A stretch of DNA of 32,852 bases from Promethearchaeota archaeon (GTDB lineage: Archaea; Asgardarchaeota; Lokiarchaeia; Sigyniarchaeales; SOKP01), in NCBI GenBank assembly GCA_008080735.1, contig SHMW01000049.1, positions 1 through 32,852 of the forward strand. The letters run 5' to 3'. The position numbers and the translations under genes are program-made. This document shows positions 1 through 10,386 of this stretch, one piece after another; position 1 is the first letter of the stretch; every line of letters begins with the position of its first letter. The notes under the pieces were generated by a model, which was not told where the DNA came from, searched no databases, and worked only from the letters and a program-made list of their open reading frames with translations.

Positions 1-1021
1 TTTTACCTAAATTCCCCTCAGAAAGCATATATAGGAAATAATCATTATCATATTCTTTAAAGGTTAGAAATCTATAATTCTGAAAACCCAATTTCACTGC
101 TATCCAGCGTGGAACTGACCCAGTATTCCCTAAAGTGTTAGCAGCAATCGCCTCAATTCTAGCCGTAATCATTGATTCTTGCATTTCTCTCAATTCTTCT
201 GGATCCTCAAATTCTCCCGGTAGATCTAGTTTTAGCGAATCACCTAAGAGCAGAGAAATGATTCCTATAGATTGAGAGGATAATCCAATATAATCTATTC
301 TGAGTTTATCTTCCACGTAGGGTAAATCTTGATCAGAAAAGACATCTTGAAGTTTTAAATATTCTCCGAGAATAAATTTAAGTACAGTTTCAAATTTCAT
401 ATTTATTTGATACTTTTCAAACTTATCCAAACTATTAACATCTTTATCCTCGATTATTTCAGTGTAATGTTTTGCTGTTTGTTCTAAAAGCCATTTTCCT
501 TTTTTATCTGGAAACATTCCATATACAAGAAAGATTAAATCATCCTTTGTAAAAAACTGGCATTTCTCTTTTCCTTCTGAGGCTTCGGGAATAAGTAACA
601 TCTTATCCAATTCACCTCCTAACATATCAGTAGCTATAAAGTCCAAATTATTGGTCAGTTCAAGAAGAAAAAAGTAATCATCGTTACTACAAAATAAAGG
701 AGTTCTTTCAACCGAAGTTATTCCAAAAAGTTTAACAAATTCACCCTTCTTTAGCTCGATCTTTTTCCCTTCTAAATCATGTTTTGTAGTGGACTTTTTT
801 ACTTTTACTTTTCCTTTAAATTTAGTAGAAAGGGATGAAGTTTTAGTTTGAAATTCTTTTGGTTTAAGTTCAGGTCCTCGTTCAATTTGATTCATCTGAT
901 AGAGCGCCGGGACAAATTTACCGCATCGAGGACACATATTATCTTTTGGAAAAGGTCTCCCGATTTTATATTTGCAGTTTTGACATTTAATCGTGTCTTC
1001 TTGGGAAAATAGATTTGAAAT
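1..1021 (-). CDS. Hypothetical protein with N-terminal Zn ribbon (CQNC...CPRC); 3' end runs off the window; start codon uncertain (possibly ATT)
   Basis: Manual translation of the minus strand is open from 1021 to the window edge (ISNLFSQEDTIKCQNCKYKIGRPFPKDNMCPRCGKFVP...YMLSEGNLGK). It is absent from the ORF track, presumably because no stop lies inside the window. No ATG/GTG/TTG occurs in frame upstream of the first CxxC. Confidence 0.75.
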   Translation of the reverse strand, partial: MSNLFSQEDTIKCQNCKYKIGRPFPKDNMCPRCGKFVPALYQMNQIERGPELKPKEFQTKTSSLSTKFKGKVKVKKSTTKHDLEGKKIELKKGEFVKLFGITSVERTPLFCSNDDYFFLLELTNNLDFIATDMLGGELDKMLLIPEASEGKEKCQFFTKDDLIFLVYGMFPDKKGKWLLEQTAKHYTEIIEDKDVNSLDKFEKYQINMKFETVLKFILGEYLKLQDVFSDQDLPYVEDKLRIDYIGLSSQSIGIISLLLGDSLKLDLPGEFEDPEELREMQESMITARIEAIAANTLGNTGSVPRWIAVKLGFQNYRFLTFKEYDNDYFLYMLSEGNLGK

Positions 1022-1096
1022 GATTAAAACAACTCCAACATTGAAGATTTTCTCTATAAAAAATATTATAGAGTAATTAATAATTTTTTTGAATCT

Positions 1097-2182
1097 TTAT
1101 AAATTTTTATCCAAAATTTTGTCAAATTCGCTTAGAAATTTATCGTTCTGTTTTTCTGTTCCAACAGAAATTCTCACAAATTGAGCCAGTGAGGGTTTAC
1201 TAAAATACCGTATTAGAATTCTCCTTTCCTTCAATTTTTCAAACATTAGTTTAGCACAAGATTCATTTTCAAATTTTACCAAAATGAAATTCGAGTCCGA
1301 GGGTAAAACAGAAATCTCATCGTATTTATTTAGTTGTTCTTTAAGTCGTTTTCGCTCTGAAAGTATGTTCTTATTATTTTCAAATACTTCTTCCTTATGT
1401 TCGATACAGGAAATGCCAGCAACTTGGGCCATATAATTGACATTATAAGGTAATTTTACGCGGTTCATAAGAGAGATAAGGTTTTTATCGGCTATAGCTA
1501 ACCCTAATCGCAAAGATGCAAGAGAAAAACTTTTTGAGAAGCTCCGTGTAACCACAAGATTATCCACCTGTTTTAGAAGGGGTAAAACGGAGGTATCACT
1601 AAAATCAGCATAGGTTTCATCAACTATTACCACTCCCGGAAAGGATTCGCAAGCACTCTGAATTGAATCATTATCAAATGATTGACCTGTCGGATTATTT
1701 GGGGAATTGATAATAAGTAATTTGCCTTTTATTTCAAAATTTCTTTCTGGAAAGGAGAAATTTTCCCCTAAGGGTATCTCAACACAGTTCCCTCCATAAA
1801 GTTCTGTTAAAGTAATATACATTCCATAGGAAGGGTCAAAAAAAATGACATCATCTCCAGGTTCAATAAACAGTTTGAAAAGCACTTCTAATACATCATC
1901 GGTCCCATTTCCTACAAATATATTATCAATATGATCAACGGTATCAAAATCTTTCAGATATAAATTGAGAAATTTTTCACGTAATACTCTAGCAAATGGA
2001 TCTGGATATAATTTGAGTCGATCATCCGCGGCATTTTTTAAATCAGTTAATATTTCTGGATTAGGCGGGTAGGGATTTTCATTAGTGTTTAATTTTACCC
2101 ATCCACCTTCCGTCGGTTGTTCTCCGGGAACATATGCCTCAAAGTCCTTGAGATGAGTTCTAATTAACTTTTTGAAGTCCAT
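1097..2182 (-). CDS. hisC: Histidinol-phosphate aminotransferase
   Basis: YVPGEQP, KLNTNENPYPP, SPNNPTG, VDETY and the PLP-lysine motif RSFSKSFSLASLRLG; downstream of hisG-hisD. Confidence 0.95.
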   Translation of the reverse strand: MDFKKLIRTHLKDFEAYVPGEQPTEGGWVKLNTNENPYPPNPEILTDLKNAADDRLKLYPDPFARVLREKFLNLYLKDFDTVDHIDNIFVGNGTDDVLEVLFKLFIEPGDDVIFFDPSYGMYITLTELYGGNCVEIPLGENFSFPERNFEIKGKLLIINSPNNPTGQSFDNDSIQSACESFPGVVIVDETYADFSDTSVLPLLKQVDNLVVTRSFSKSFSLASLRLGLAIADKNLISLMNRVKLPYNVNYMAQVAGISCIEHKEEVFENNKNILSERKRLKEQLNKYDEISVLPSDSNFILVKFENESCAKLMFEKLKERRILIRYFSKPSLAQFVRISVGTEKQNDKFLSEFDKILDKNL

Positions 2183-2229
2183 AAACTAATCATATAGTAA
2201 AATTAAGCAAAAATTAAATAAGAATCGTT

Positions 2230-3540
2230 TTAAGATTTATCTTCTAACCGTTTTTGGATAGATTCTCGATGAGCAAATAATTTTTCATATTCTGCGATTT
2301 TCATCGCGGAACTACTCAAGTTTTTAAGCCCTTCACGGGAGCATTCTAATACATCCATCAATTTAACGAAATCCAAAGTATTAAGTCCAGAGTATGTTTT
2401 TGCATACCCCCCCGTTGGAAGAATGTGATTAGTACCTGCTGAATAATCTCCTAAGGGAACAGGGGAATTTGAACCTAAGAAAATTGCTCCCGCATTATTA
2501 ATTTTTTCAAGTATCTGTTTAGGGTTTGTAGTAAGAATTTCCAGATGTTCAGGAGCTATTATATTACTTACTCGTACGCACTCCTCTATATCTTCAGCCA
2601 TTATGAGTAATGAATTATTTAAAGCAGACGCTATGATTTCTTTTCTTTTAGAATTTTGAATATACGAATCCATTTGTTGTTCAACATTTTCCAACAAATC
2701 CTCTGAATCAGTAATAATTGCAGCCATATTTTCAGGATCATGTTCTAATTGAGAGATGAAGTCGATCAGAACATATTCATAATTAGCACTTTTATCTGCA
2801 ATAATCATAATTTCAGATGGCCCAGCGGGATTATCTATCGCAATGATATTCGAGAGCAATTGCTTAGCGGCATTAACCCATTTATTCCCCGGGCCAACTA
2901 CTTTTAAGACTTTCGGGATAGTTTCCGTTCCATGTGCCATAGCTGCTATAGCTTGGACACCTCCAATCTTGAACATTTTGTCAATTCCAAACTCATTTGC
3001 CGCAACAATTATTTCAAGGGCGATTGTACCATTTTGTTGCGGAGGAGAACATAGTGTAATATCTTTAACTCCCGCTACTTTTGCCGGTGCAGCTGCCATT
3101 AACACTGTACTTGGATATATTGCCTTTCCTCCCGGGATATATAATCCAACAGAGTCAATCGGGCGAGCAACTTGCCCTGCTTTAACACCATCAATAATAT
3201 CAATAAACCACTCTTCACGCACTTGAGCTTCATGGAATGTGATCAAATTTTTCTTCGCAAATCTAAGTGCTTCAAGAAGTTCATTATCAATGTTCTCATA
3301 TGCTTCTTTAATCTCTTCTTTAGTCACCATTATATTTCCTTTTTCCAAGGAAATATGATCGAATTTCTCTGTAAAATCAATTAGAGCTTGATCCCCATTG
3401 ATGATTACTTCATTTACTATTTCCATCACATCATACTGAAGATCTTTTAATTTAGAAGATGTTCTAGGAATGAATTCTTCCACATTTTCTTCCGTAATTT
3501 CACTGGAATTAATCCTTCGAATATTTGCCATAAAACCCAT
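2230..3540 (-). CDS. hisD: Histidinol dehydrogenase
   Basis: VGLYIPGGKAIYPSTVLM, GGVQAIAAMAHGTETI, GPGNKWV, PAGPSE, QLEH, APEHLE, GDYSAGTNHILPT motifs. Confidence 0.97.
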   Translation of the reverse strand: MGFMANIRRINSSEITEENVEEFIPRTSSKLKDLQYDVMEIVNEVIINGDQALIDFTEKFDHISLEKGNIMVTKEEIKEAYENIDNELLEALRFAKKNLITFHEAQVREEWFIDIIDGVKAGQVARPIDSVGLYIPGGKAIYPSTVLMAAAPAKVAGVKDITLCSPPQQNGTIALEIIVAANEFGIDKMFKIGGVQAIAAMAHGTETIPKVLKVVGPGNKWVNAAKQLLSNIIAIDNPAGPSEIMIIADKSANYEYVLIDFISQLEHDPENMAAIITDSEDLLENVEQQMDSYIQNSKRKEIIASALNNSLLIMAEDIEECVRVSNIIAPEHLEILTTNPKQILEKINNAGAIFLGSNSPVPLGDYSAGTNHILPTGGYAKTYSGLNTLDFVKLMDVLECSREGLKNLSSSAMKIAEYEKLFAHRESIQKRLEDKS

Positions 3541-3551
3541 TCATATTTGAT

Positions 3552-4544
3552 TTATTTTATTTTTTCTAAGGGGAGGATTTGACGCGGCTCGTGAACTACT
3601 AAACCTTGAGCATATTTTCTTAATATGGGAATTAAATTAAGAAACTCTTCCTTCTTGATGATCGTGTTGATCGCACACCATCCATTATTATTATCTCCAG
3701 CTAATTCAGATACTGTGGGTCGTTTTAATGCTGGTAACTTTGATAGAATTTTTTCTAAATTCTCCTTTTTTACATTCATAAAAATATGAAGCTTTTTCGA
3801 TGCTTCAATGACTCCCATTAATAAAACCTTTAAATCCTTGATTTTTTCTCGTTTCCATTCATCTTCCATTGCATTTTTATTTGCGATGAGGAGCGCAGTT
3901 GACGTATCGATAACATCGACGATTTTTAAATTATTTGCACGGAGAGTAGAACCCGTCTGGGTATTGTCAATTATCGCATCAACTTCTTCTGGAGGTTTTG
4001 CTTCAGTAGCGCCAAATGACAAGAAAATTTTGACTTTTTCATTTTCACCCCATGTTTTCCAAGGAGTAATTACTAGAGGAGCTTTATCACCGTATAATTC
4101 TTTATAGGTTTTATTATTACCAACATAATCCAGTGATAAGGTGAGATATTCTGTTGATATTCTAAACGTTTTATTAGCTTTGTGGAATTCCTCCAAAATA
4201 TCATCCATAGATTCAACATTTTCCCATGTATTGGGGAGACAAAAGACGATTCTAACACCTCCAATTTCTAAATCAAGTATTTCCTCTACATCTGCATTTG
4301 TTTCCTTGACCCAGTCTTTACCACTAATTCCTAGATCAAACTCATCTTCGCCGATTAAATAATTTGGTATTTCTTGCGGTCGAAGCAATTTAATATATAT
4401 TTCGGGATCATTAATCGATGGTCTATAATCTCGACTAGATGAAAATCGTAATTTAAGTCCAGCCTGCTCAAAAAATGAAGTAACATCTGATTGTAAACTT
4501 CCTTTTGGGATTGTAAATTTGAGCATTTTTTCGGATTGATTCAA
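3552..4544 (-). CDS. hisG: ATP phosphoribosyltransferase, long form with C-terminal regulatory domain (TTG start)
   Basis: IPKGSL, LRPQEIP, DLGISGKDWVKE, SFGATEAKPP, DAIIDNTQTGSTLRANNL, C-terminal LPALKRPTVSEL. Confidence 0.93.
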   Translation of the reverse strand: MNQSEKMLKFTIPKGSLQSDVTSFFEQAGLKLRFSSSRDYRPSINDPEIYIKLLRPQEIPNYLIGEDEFDLGISGKDWVKETNADVEEILDLEIGGVRIVFCLPNTWENVESMDDILEEFHKANKTFRISTEYLTLSLDYVGNNKTYKELYGDKAPLVITPWKTWGENEKVKIFLSFGATEAKPPEEVDAIIDNTQTGSTLRANNLKIVDVIDTSTALLIANKNAMEDEWKREKIKDLKVLLMGVIEASKKLHIFMNVKKENLEKILSKLPALKRPTVSELAGDNNNGWCAINTIIKKEEFLNLIPILRKYAQGLVVHEPRQILPLEKIK

Positions 4545-4733
4545 TGTTAATAACCTTATATTTAGTTTTCGTTATTTATAATATATTTAAATCTTTCAAG
4601 AATTTTGAAATTTTTGATTTTGTGTATTTTTTTGGTAAAAAACTTAATTTTTAAATTAGTTTATTTGTATTTAATTTATAAATACATCTAGTTAAATTAA
4701 ATAATAAACACCATACAGAAAAAAGATAAAAAG

Positions 4734-5558
4734 ATGACAGACTATGGCATAATGTTTAACGTTTTAGAAGGTGGCGTTATCGAACCGATAGAATGGAGTA
4801 AGGATCAGCTTCAGCCCGACCGCTCTATCATCGTTCTTGATGAATCAACGGTGGCAGTCTATTTATGGCACGGGCAAAAGCAAGGACTCGTGGCAAGAAG
4901 AACCGCATTACGACAAGCTGAATCGTTGAAGGGACATGGATACACCATTGGGAAAAGCATAATAGGTAGAGATGTAAAAGAATTAAAGGAAATTGACGCA
5001 AGAAAAATAGGTAGAGTACAGGAAGAGACGGAATTGAACGATGAATTACAAGAATTACTTGATAAGAAACACAAAAAATTGGATAACTACGCAATTACAT
5101 TCGATATGGAAGCTGGAGCACCTTCCGCAGCGAGGCCTGCACCAAAACCAAAACCGAAACCTCAAGCAGCACAAGCTTCAAAACCAGAGCCTAAGACTGA
5201 GCCTGAGCCCAAGCCAAAACCAAAACCCAAACTTGAACCAGAAATCAAAACAAGCCCAAGCCCAAAAGAAGCGGAAACACAAAAAGCGGAGCCAAAGAAA
5301 GTTGAAGCGCAAGACTCAACAACGCAGGCGAAAATCGCGTTTGTTATGGTTGCAATATTAGACCATTACGATGATATTTGGATATCCAAAAAGGATAATA
5401 ACACATATTCAGTAGAGATGATGGATGGTCCAATATGTACATTTTCCATTTCAGATGGAAATTTAAAATTTAGTTCTGGCTCATTTTCTGGAATTTCAAA
5501 AGACATCAAGACGGCTATCCAGAAAAAGTTTGTCGAGCTTAACAAATTATTAAGATAG
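4734..5558 (+). CDS. Gelsolin/villin-like single-domain protein with Pro/Lys-rich linker and C-terminal domain
   Basis: N-terminal LQPDRSIIVLDESTVAVYLWHGQKQGLVARRTALRQAESL resembles the gelsolin-repeat pattern (L..D..ILD....YLW.G......R..A...A..L); low-complexity PKPKP linker. Confidence 0.6.
   Translation: MTDYGIMFNVLEGGVIEPIEWSKDQLQPDRSIIVLDESTVAVYLWHGQKQGLVARRTALRQAESLKGHGYTIGKSIIGRDVKELKEIDARKIGRVQEETELNDELQELLDKKHKKLDNYAITFDMEAGAPSAARPAPKPKPKPQAAQASKPEPKTEPEPKPKPKPKLEPEIKTSPSPKEAETQKAEPKKVEAQDSTTQAKIAFVMVAILDHYDDIWISKKDNNTYSVEMMDGPICTFSISDGNLKFSSGSFSGISKDIKTAIQKKFVELNKLLR
5140..5266 (+). repeat. Low-complexity PK/PE-encoding hexamer repeats (CCAAAA/CCGAAA/CCTGAG) in the linker
   Basis: ccaaaaccaaaaccgaaacct ... 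gagcctgagcccaagccaaaaccaaaacccaaa. Confidence 0.6.
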
Positions 5559-5652
5559 GTACACCCTAATTTTTTTCTCATTTTTTTTCCATTTTTTATC
5601 TCAAAAGAAGATAAGGTTTTATAGTTTTACTTAATACTTTCAACTGAGAGAT

Positions 5653-7410
5653 ATGAAGTTCAAGAGACTCGCACAATTGTTTTCTGACTTAGAAGGCACC
5701 ACGAAACGTCTTGAGATGATTGATATACTATCAAATTTCTTTCAAGAATTAAAGAAAAATGCGGAATATCAAGATTTAGAAAAAATAATGTATCTACTTC
5801 AAGGTCATCTTGTCTCAAATATAAAGCAATTTCCAAAGATGGGACTTGCTGAAAAAATGATTATAGAAGCATTATCCATTCATTCGGGGATAGATCCAAA
5901 AAAAATTAGAAATATATTGGTAAAAAAAGGGGATATCGGTCTCACTGCGGAAAGGATTCTTGCTGTTAATAAAAAACAAAAGTCTTTATTAGATTTTAAT
6001 TCGGAACCCAATAAGAAAACGGATTCAATCGAAATTTCTGAACTTTATTCAGAACTTAAAAGGATAGCTATTACTGAAGGTTCTGGATCCCACGATAGCA
6101 AATTAGGAATTTTGCGAGGACTCATAAGCAATATTAGTCCTTTAGAAACGAAATATCTTCTAAGAATAATTACCTCAACTTTACGGGTAGGGGTATCCAC
6201 TCAAACAATTATAGATGGGTTAGCAATTGGATTTACGGGAGAGAAGGAAAACAGAGACATAATTGAACAAGGGTACAATCTTCATCCCGATTTGGGAGAT
6301 GTAACGAGAATCTTAGCTGAAAAAGGATTGGATGAGGTTAAAAAAATCAATATCTCATATGGAGTTCCTATACGAATGATGCTTGCTTCACGAGTGCCAT
6401 ATGGAGAAATAATAGAACGATTAGGTAAACCCTTTATAGCAGAATATAAATTAGACGGCGAGAGATTGCAAATTCACAAGCAAGGAGATGAGATCACATT
6501 ATTTTCGAGAAGATTACTTGAAATCTCTGCACAATACCCCGATGTCTGTGAAACAATAAGGTCTAATATCAAAGCTAAGAACGTGATTTTAGAAGGTGAA
6601 GTTGTCGCTATGGATGCTTTTTATGAAAAAATGCTACCTTTCCAAGTATTAAGTAAGCGAAGAAGAAAATATGAAGTTAAAGAAACTCTAAAAGAAATTC
6701 CCGTTTGTCTCTTTTTATTCGAATTGCTGAAATTAGATGGGGAAGAATACATCAGTAAAATTCTTCCGAAAAGACGAGACACATTAGAGAATATCATAGA
6801 AGAGTGTGATGAGTTGAAATTAGTAAAGTCCCAACTTATAAACTCAACCGAACAATTACTTGAATTTTTCAATGAAGCTCGAGAACAAGGAACTGAAGGG
6901 ATTATTGCTAAATCCATAAAAGATCATTCAATATATCAAGCAGGTAATAGAGGGTTCTTATGGATAAAACTAAAAGGATTAGAGGGGGGAAAATTAAAAG
7001 ATACTATCGATGTCGTTTTGGTTGGCGCATTTTATGGTCGCGGAAGAAGGTCGGGAGTATATGGAACATATATCGGGGCGGTGTATGATCCTAAACAAGA
7101 TAAATATGTCGCTTTTACAAGAATTGCCTCGGGTTGGACTGATGAAATAATGAATAATCTTATGGAAGAAATGAAACAATATGAGGTGTCAAAGAAACCG
7201 AAAAATGTGATCTGTGAAGATGAGCCCGATACGTGGCTAAAACCAGAAGTTGTAATAGAAATAATTGGAGATGAAATTACTTTGAGTGAAAAATTTTCAT
7301 CATTAGGATATTCCATGAGATTTCCCGTGTTTCAGAGATTCCGAAATGATAAAGGCCCTAAGGATGTGACTACCGTCAGAGAAATAGAAAACCTTTATGA
7401 AACCCAATAA
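5653..7410 (+). CDS. lig: ATP-dependent DNA ligase
   Basis: Motif I AEYKLDGERLQIH, ILEGEVV, EGIIAK, YQAGNRGFLWIKLK, OB-fold GRGRRSG and SMRFPVF; 585 aa. Confidence 0.96.
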   Translation: MKFKRLAQLFSDLEGTTKRLEMIDILSNFFQELKKNAEYQDLEKIMYLLQGHLVSNIKQFPKMGLAEKMIIEALSIHSGIDPKKIRNILVKKGDIGLTAERILAVNKKQKSLLDFNSEPNKKTDSIEISELYSELKRIAITEGSGSHDSKLGILRGLISNISPLETKYLLRIITSTLRVGVSTQTIIDGLAIGFTGEKENRDIIEQGYNLHPDLGDVTRILAEKGLDEVKKINISYGVPIRMMLASRVPYGEIIERLGKPFIAEYKLDGERLQIHKQGDEITLFSRRLLEISAQYPDVCETIRSNIKAKNVILEGEVVAMDAFYEKMLPFQVLSKRRRKYEVKETLKEIPVCLFLFELLKLDGEEYISKILPKRRDTLENIIEECDELKLVKSQLINSTEQLLEFFNEAREQGTEGIIAKSIKDHSIYQAGNRGFLWIKLKGLEGGKLKDTIDVVLVGAFYGRGRRSGVYGTYIGAVYDPKQDKYVAFTRIASGWTDEIMNNLMEEMKQYEVSKKPKNVICEDEPDTWLKPEVVIEIIGDEITLSEKFSSLGYSMRFPVFQRFRNDKGPKDVTTVREIENLYETQ

Positions 7411-7456
7411 ATCCCTTATTTATCATTCAAAATTTTAAGATAATATGCTAAAATCA

Positions 7457-8815
7457 TCAAAAGAATATTTTGACTCCAATAAGTTCCAAATTTTTAATTT
7501 TTGCGGAGAAAGAATCGATATGGTTCTCTCCTACATACAATTCTTTTAGATTAGGTAAAGAATCTAAATTTTTAGGTAGGGAAATTAAATTATTTCTTGT
7601 AAGATTGAGATATTCTAAATTTTGTAAATTTACAATGCTGTTAGGAAGCTGCTTTAATCGATTTTCGCTAAGATTAAGATTTTTAAGTGTGGTAAGATTG
7701 CCAATAGTATCGGGTATTGTTCCCAACTCATTTTTACCTAGATCAAGACTTTTTAATGAGTCTAAATTACCAATAGTCGTTGGAATTTGCTCTAATAAAT
7801 TCCAACTCAGATTTAATTTCTGTATTGATTTTAATTGCCCGATTGAATCAGGGAGATATTGTAATTTATTATCGTGAAGGTTAAGTTCTTTTAAGGAGCT
7901 CATGTTTCCTATAGAGATGGGGAGATAAGAAATATAATTCAATCTTAGGTTAAGTTTCTTCAGAGATTTCAAAGATCCAATAGAAGAGGGCAATTTTTTA
8001 AGATTATTTTTCCATAGATATAATTCTTCGAGATTTCCCAAATTCCCAATCGAATTGGGGAGTGAAGAAAGTTCATTTACGTTAAAATTCAATACCTCAA
8101 GAGATTCTAAATCTCCGATCCATTCTGGCAGTTCTGATATTTGATTATACCTGAAAATCAGAGATTTTAAGGAATTTAAATATTTAATAGCTTCTGGAAA
8201 TTTTGTTAATCCCTTGAAAATGAAATCTAGTTTTATAATCTTAAAATTTTCTAATGAATAATGTATTCTCCAATACGCTTTTTCCAAATACACTAAAGTA
8301 TAGTAATTTAATAAAATATTTATGAGATCTTGAGTCGAGAAATTGTCTATTCCTTTTTTATCTTTAAGAATTTCGAAACTCACGCGAATTTCTTTATTTT
8401 CAATATCATCTATTTCTCTAATTAAAAATTTTCTGACATTGAAAGATTTATCAAATTTTTGATTTTTTAAAATTATCATCAGAGACTCATGAATTAGCGC
8501 TAATACTGCGGGAGAACTTTCGTGTGTTAATGCCCATTTCATGGGTTTATAGGCAAGGTGCAAAAATTTCTTTTTTATGATTTTTGCTGCTTGGACTCTA
8601 ATTTTTTCATTTGAATCCGAAAGCAATAAACTCTCTAATAAAGGAAATATCTCATCGTGTTTTATGTCCAATGATGCCAAGCTTTTAATTGCCTCATATC
8701 TTTCCTTATGATTCTGAATATGATCGATAATTGAAATAATTTGGTCAATCGCTACGTCCTTATCAATTATATTATGTTTTAGTTTATGATAGATTTCAAC
8801 AATTTTGTTTTCCAT
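7457..8815 (-). CDS. HEAT-like N-terminus plus leucine-rich repeat protein (paralog 3)
   Basis: Many 23-aa LxxLxLxxNxLxxLPxxIGxL repeats; N-terminal LLESLLLSDSNEKIRVQAAK...MKWALTHE. Confidence 0.9.
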   Translation of the reverse strand: MENKIVEIYHKLKHNIIDKDVAIDQIISIIDHIQNHKERYEAIKSLASLDIKHDEIFPLLESLLLSDSNEKIRVQAAKIIKKKFLHLAYKPMKWALTHESSPAVLALIHESLMIILKNQKFDKSFNVRKFLIREIDDIENKEIRVSFEILKDKKGIDNFSTQDLINILLNYYTLVYLEKAYWRIHYSLENFKIIKLDFIFKGLTKFPEAIKYLNSLKSLIFRYNQISELPEWIGDLESLEVLNFNVNELSSLPNSIGNLGNLEELYLWKNNLKKLPSSIGSLKSLKKLNLRLNYISYLPISIGNMSSLKELNLHDNKLQYLPDSIGQLKSIQKLNLSWNLLEQIPTTIGNLDSLKSLDLGKNELGTIPDTIGNLTTLKNLNLSENRLKQLPNSIVNLQNLEYLNLTRNNLISLPKNLDSLPNLKELYVGENHIDSFSAKIKNLELIGVKIFF

Positions 8816-8824
8816 TTTATCACA

Positions 8825-10324
8825 TTATTTATAGATTATTAGTCCATTTTTCTTTAAACTTGCCAGATTTGAAGGAATTTTAATATTTTGGTTGAAATTT
8901 AAATCCAAGATTCTTAGATTTTTTAATTTTTCGAGTGAAGCGGGAATTTCCTCTAAATTATTTCCCCATAAGCTTAAAATTTCTAAGGATTTAATCTCTG
9001 CGATCCATTCTGGTAGTTCTGATATTTGGTTCCAACTTAAATTAAGTCGTTGTAATGATTTTAAGCAGGTTAAAGCTTTTGGAAGGAATTTCAAATTATT
9101 ATTCCATAACGTTAATTCCTCCAAAGATTTCAGGCTTGATATTGATTCTGGTAAATTTTCTATAATATTATCATACAAGTGCAATTCTTTAAGTGAAGTC
9201 AAATTACCAATCCAAAAAGGTACATCAATGAGTCTATTACCACCTAATCCCAATCTCTTCAAATTTTTTAATTTCCGAATCGCATCTGGGATATGTTCGA
9301 AGTTATTAGAACCTAAATCTAAGAGTTCTAGGTTTTTTAAATTTCCTAAATTTTTTGGTAATCTTTTAATCTGATTCCCGTGTAAGATTAGCTCTTGGAG
9401 GTTAAATAAGGAGCCAATTGTATTGGGTATTTCAATTAGGTTATTGGAGCGCAAATTAAAGATATTTAAACTAATTAAATCTCCTATGGTTGGCGGTAAT
9501 TCTTTTAATTTATTATTTTTTATGTTTAGATATTCCAATTCATGAAGATATTTAATTTCTTGAGGGATCTTCTTTAGTTTATTATAGCTTACATCTAAGA
9601 ATTTTAAGTTTTTGAGATTTTTTATGGTATTTGGACATTTCCTTATTCGATTGAACTTGAGATCTAATTTTCTCAGTGATTTTAATTTACAAACAAAATC
9701 TGGTAAATAATTAAGCATATTATATTCAAATACATGGCTACCGATATTAGACAAATCAAGCTCAATAATTTTTCCCTCATCTAACGTATACAATATCTTA
9801 TCAAATTTTTTTTCCAAGAACTTTAAGATATAATAATTATTAAGAATTTCAGCAATTTCTCTCCCATTTTGATACAGATTTGGATTTTTTTCTAAATATT
9901 TCTCAATATGAGTTTTAAATGGAGAAGATTCTACTTTCTGTATGTCATTATTTAATAAATCCATAGCTTCTTCATTGTTTATTTCTCCTAATGCTTTAAT
10001 AATCGTGATCAAACAATTTATAGAAGTTTCATGGGCAAGACTCCATTTCATGGCATTAAAAGCCTTGTTTAAAAAATGGTCTTTCATTATTTTTGCAGCC
10101 AAACATCTCACTCGTGAATCTGAATCCGAAATGAGTAAGTTTTCAATCAATTCATAAATTTTCTCTTTTTTGGTATGTAATTCAACCAGAAGTTTTAAGC
10201 TTTCTATTCTATGATTCAGATTACTACTTTTTTCAATTACAGAGATGAGTTGCTGAATAGCTGCTGATTTATTCAATAAATCTGAATTATAATTCTTTAA
10301 AATGCTTTCTGGTCTTAGATCCAT
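8825..10324 (-). CDS. HEAT-like N-terminus plus leucine-rich repeat protein (paralog 2)
   Basis: 23-aa LRRs; N-terminal LIENLLISDSDSRVRCLAAK...MKWSLAHE. Confidence 0.9.
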   Translation of the reverse strand: MDLRPESILKNYNSDLLNKSAAIQQLISVIEKSSNLNHRIESLKLLVELHTKKEKIYELIENLLISDSDSRVRCLAAKIMKDHFLNKAFNAMKWSLAHETSINCLITIIKALGEINNEEAMDLLNNDIQKVESSPFKTHIEKYLEKNPNLYQNGREIAEILNNYYILKFLEKKFDKILYTLDEGKIIELDLSNIGSHVFEYNMLNYLPDFVCKLKSLRKLDLKFNRIRKCPNTIKNLKNLKFLDVSYNKLKKIPQEIKYLHELEYLNIKNNKLKELPPTIGDLISLNIFNLRSNNLIEIPNTIGSLFNLQELILHGNQIKRLPKNLGNLKNLELLDLGSNNFEHIPDAIRKLKNLKRLGLGGNRLIDVPFWIGNLTSLKELHLYDNIIENLPESISSLKSLEELTLWNNNLKFLPKALTCLKSLQRLNLSWNQISELPEWIAEIKSLEILSLWGNNLEEIPASLEKLKNLRILDLNFNQNIKIPSNLASLKKNGLIIYK

Positions 10325-10386
10325 ATCTTGTACTATTGTAATTAAATTCTAAAATCCATTTAAATTTGTATTTTATTAGCGATAGA

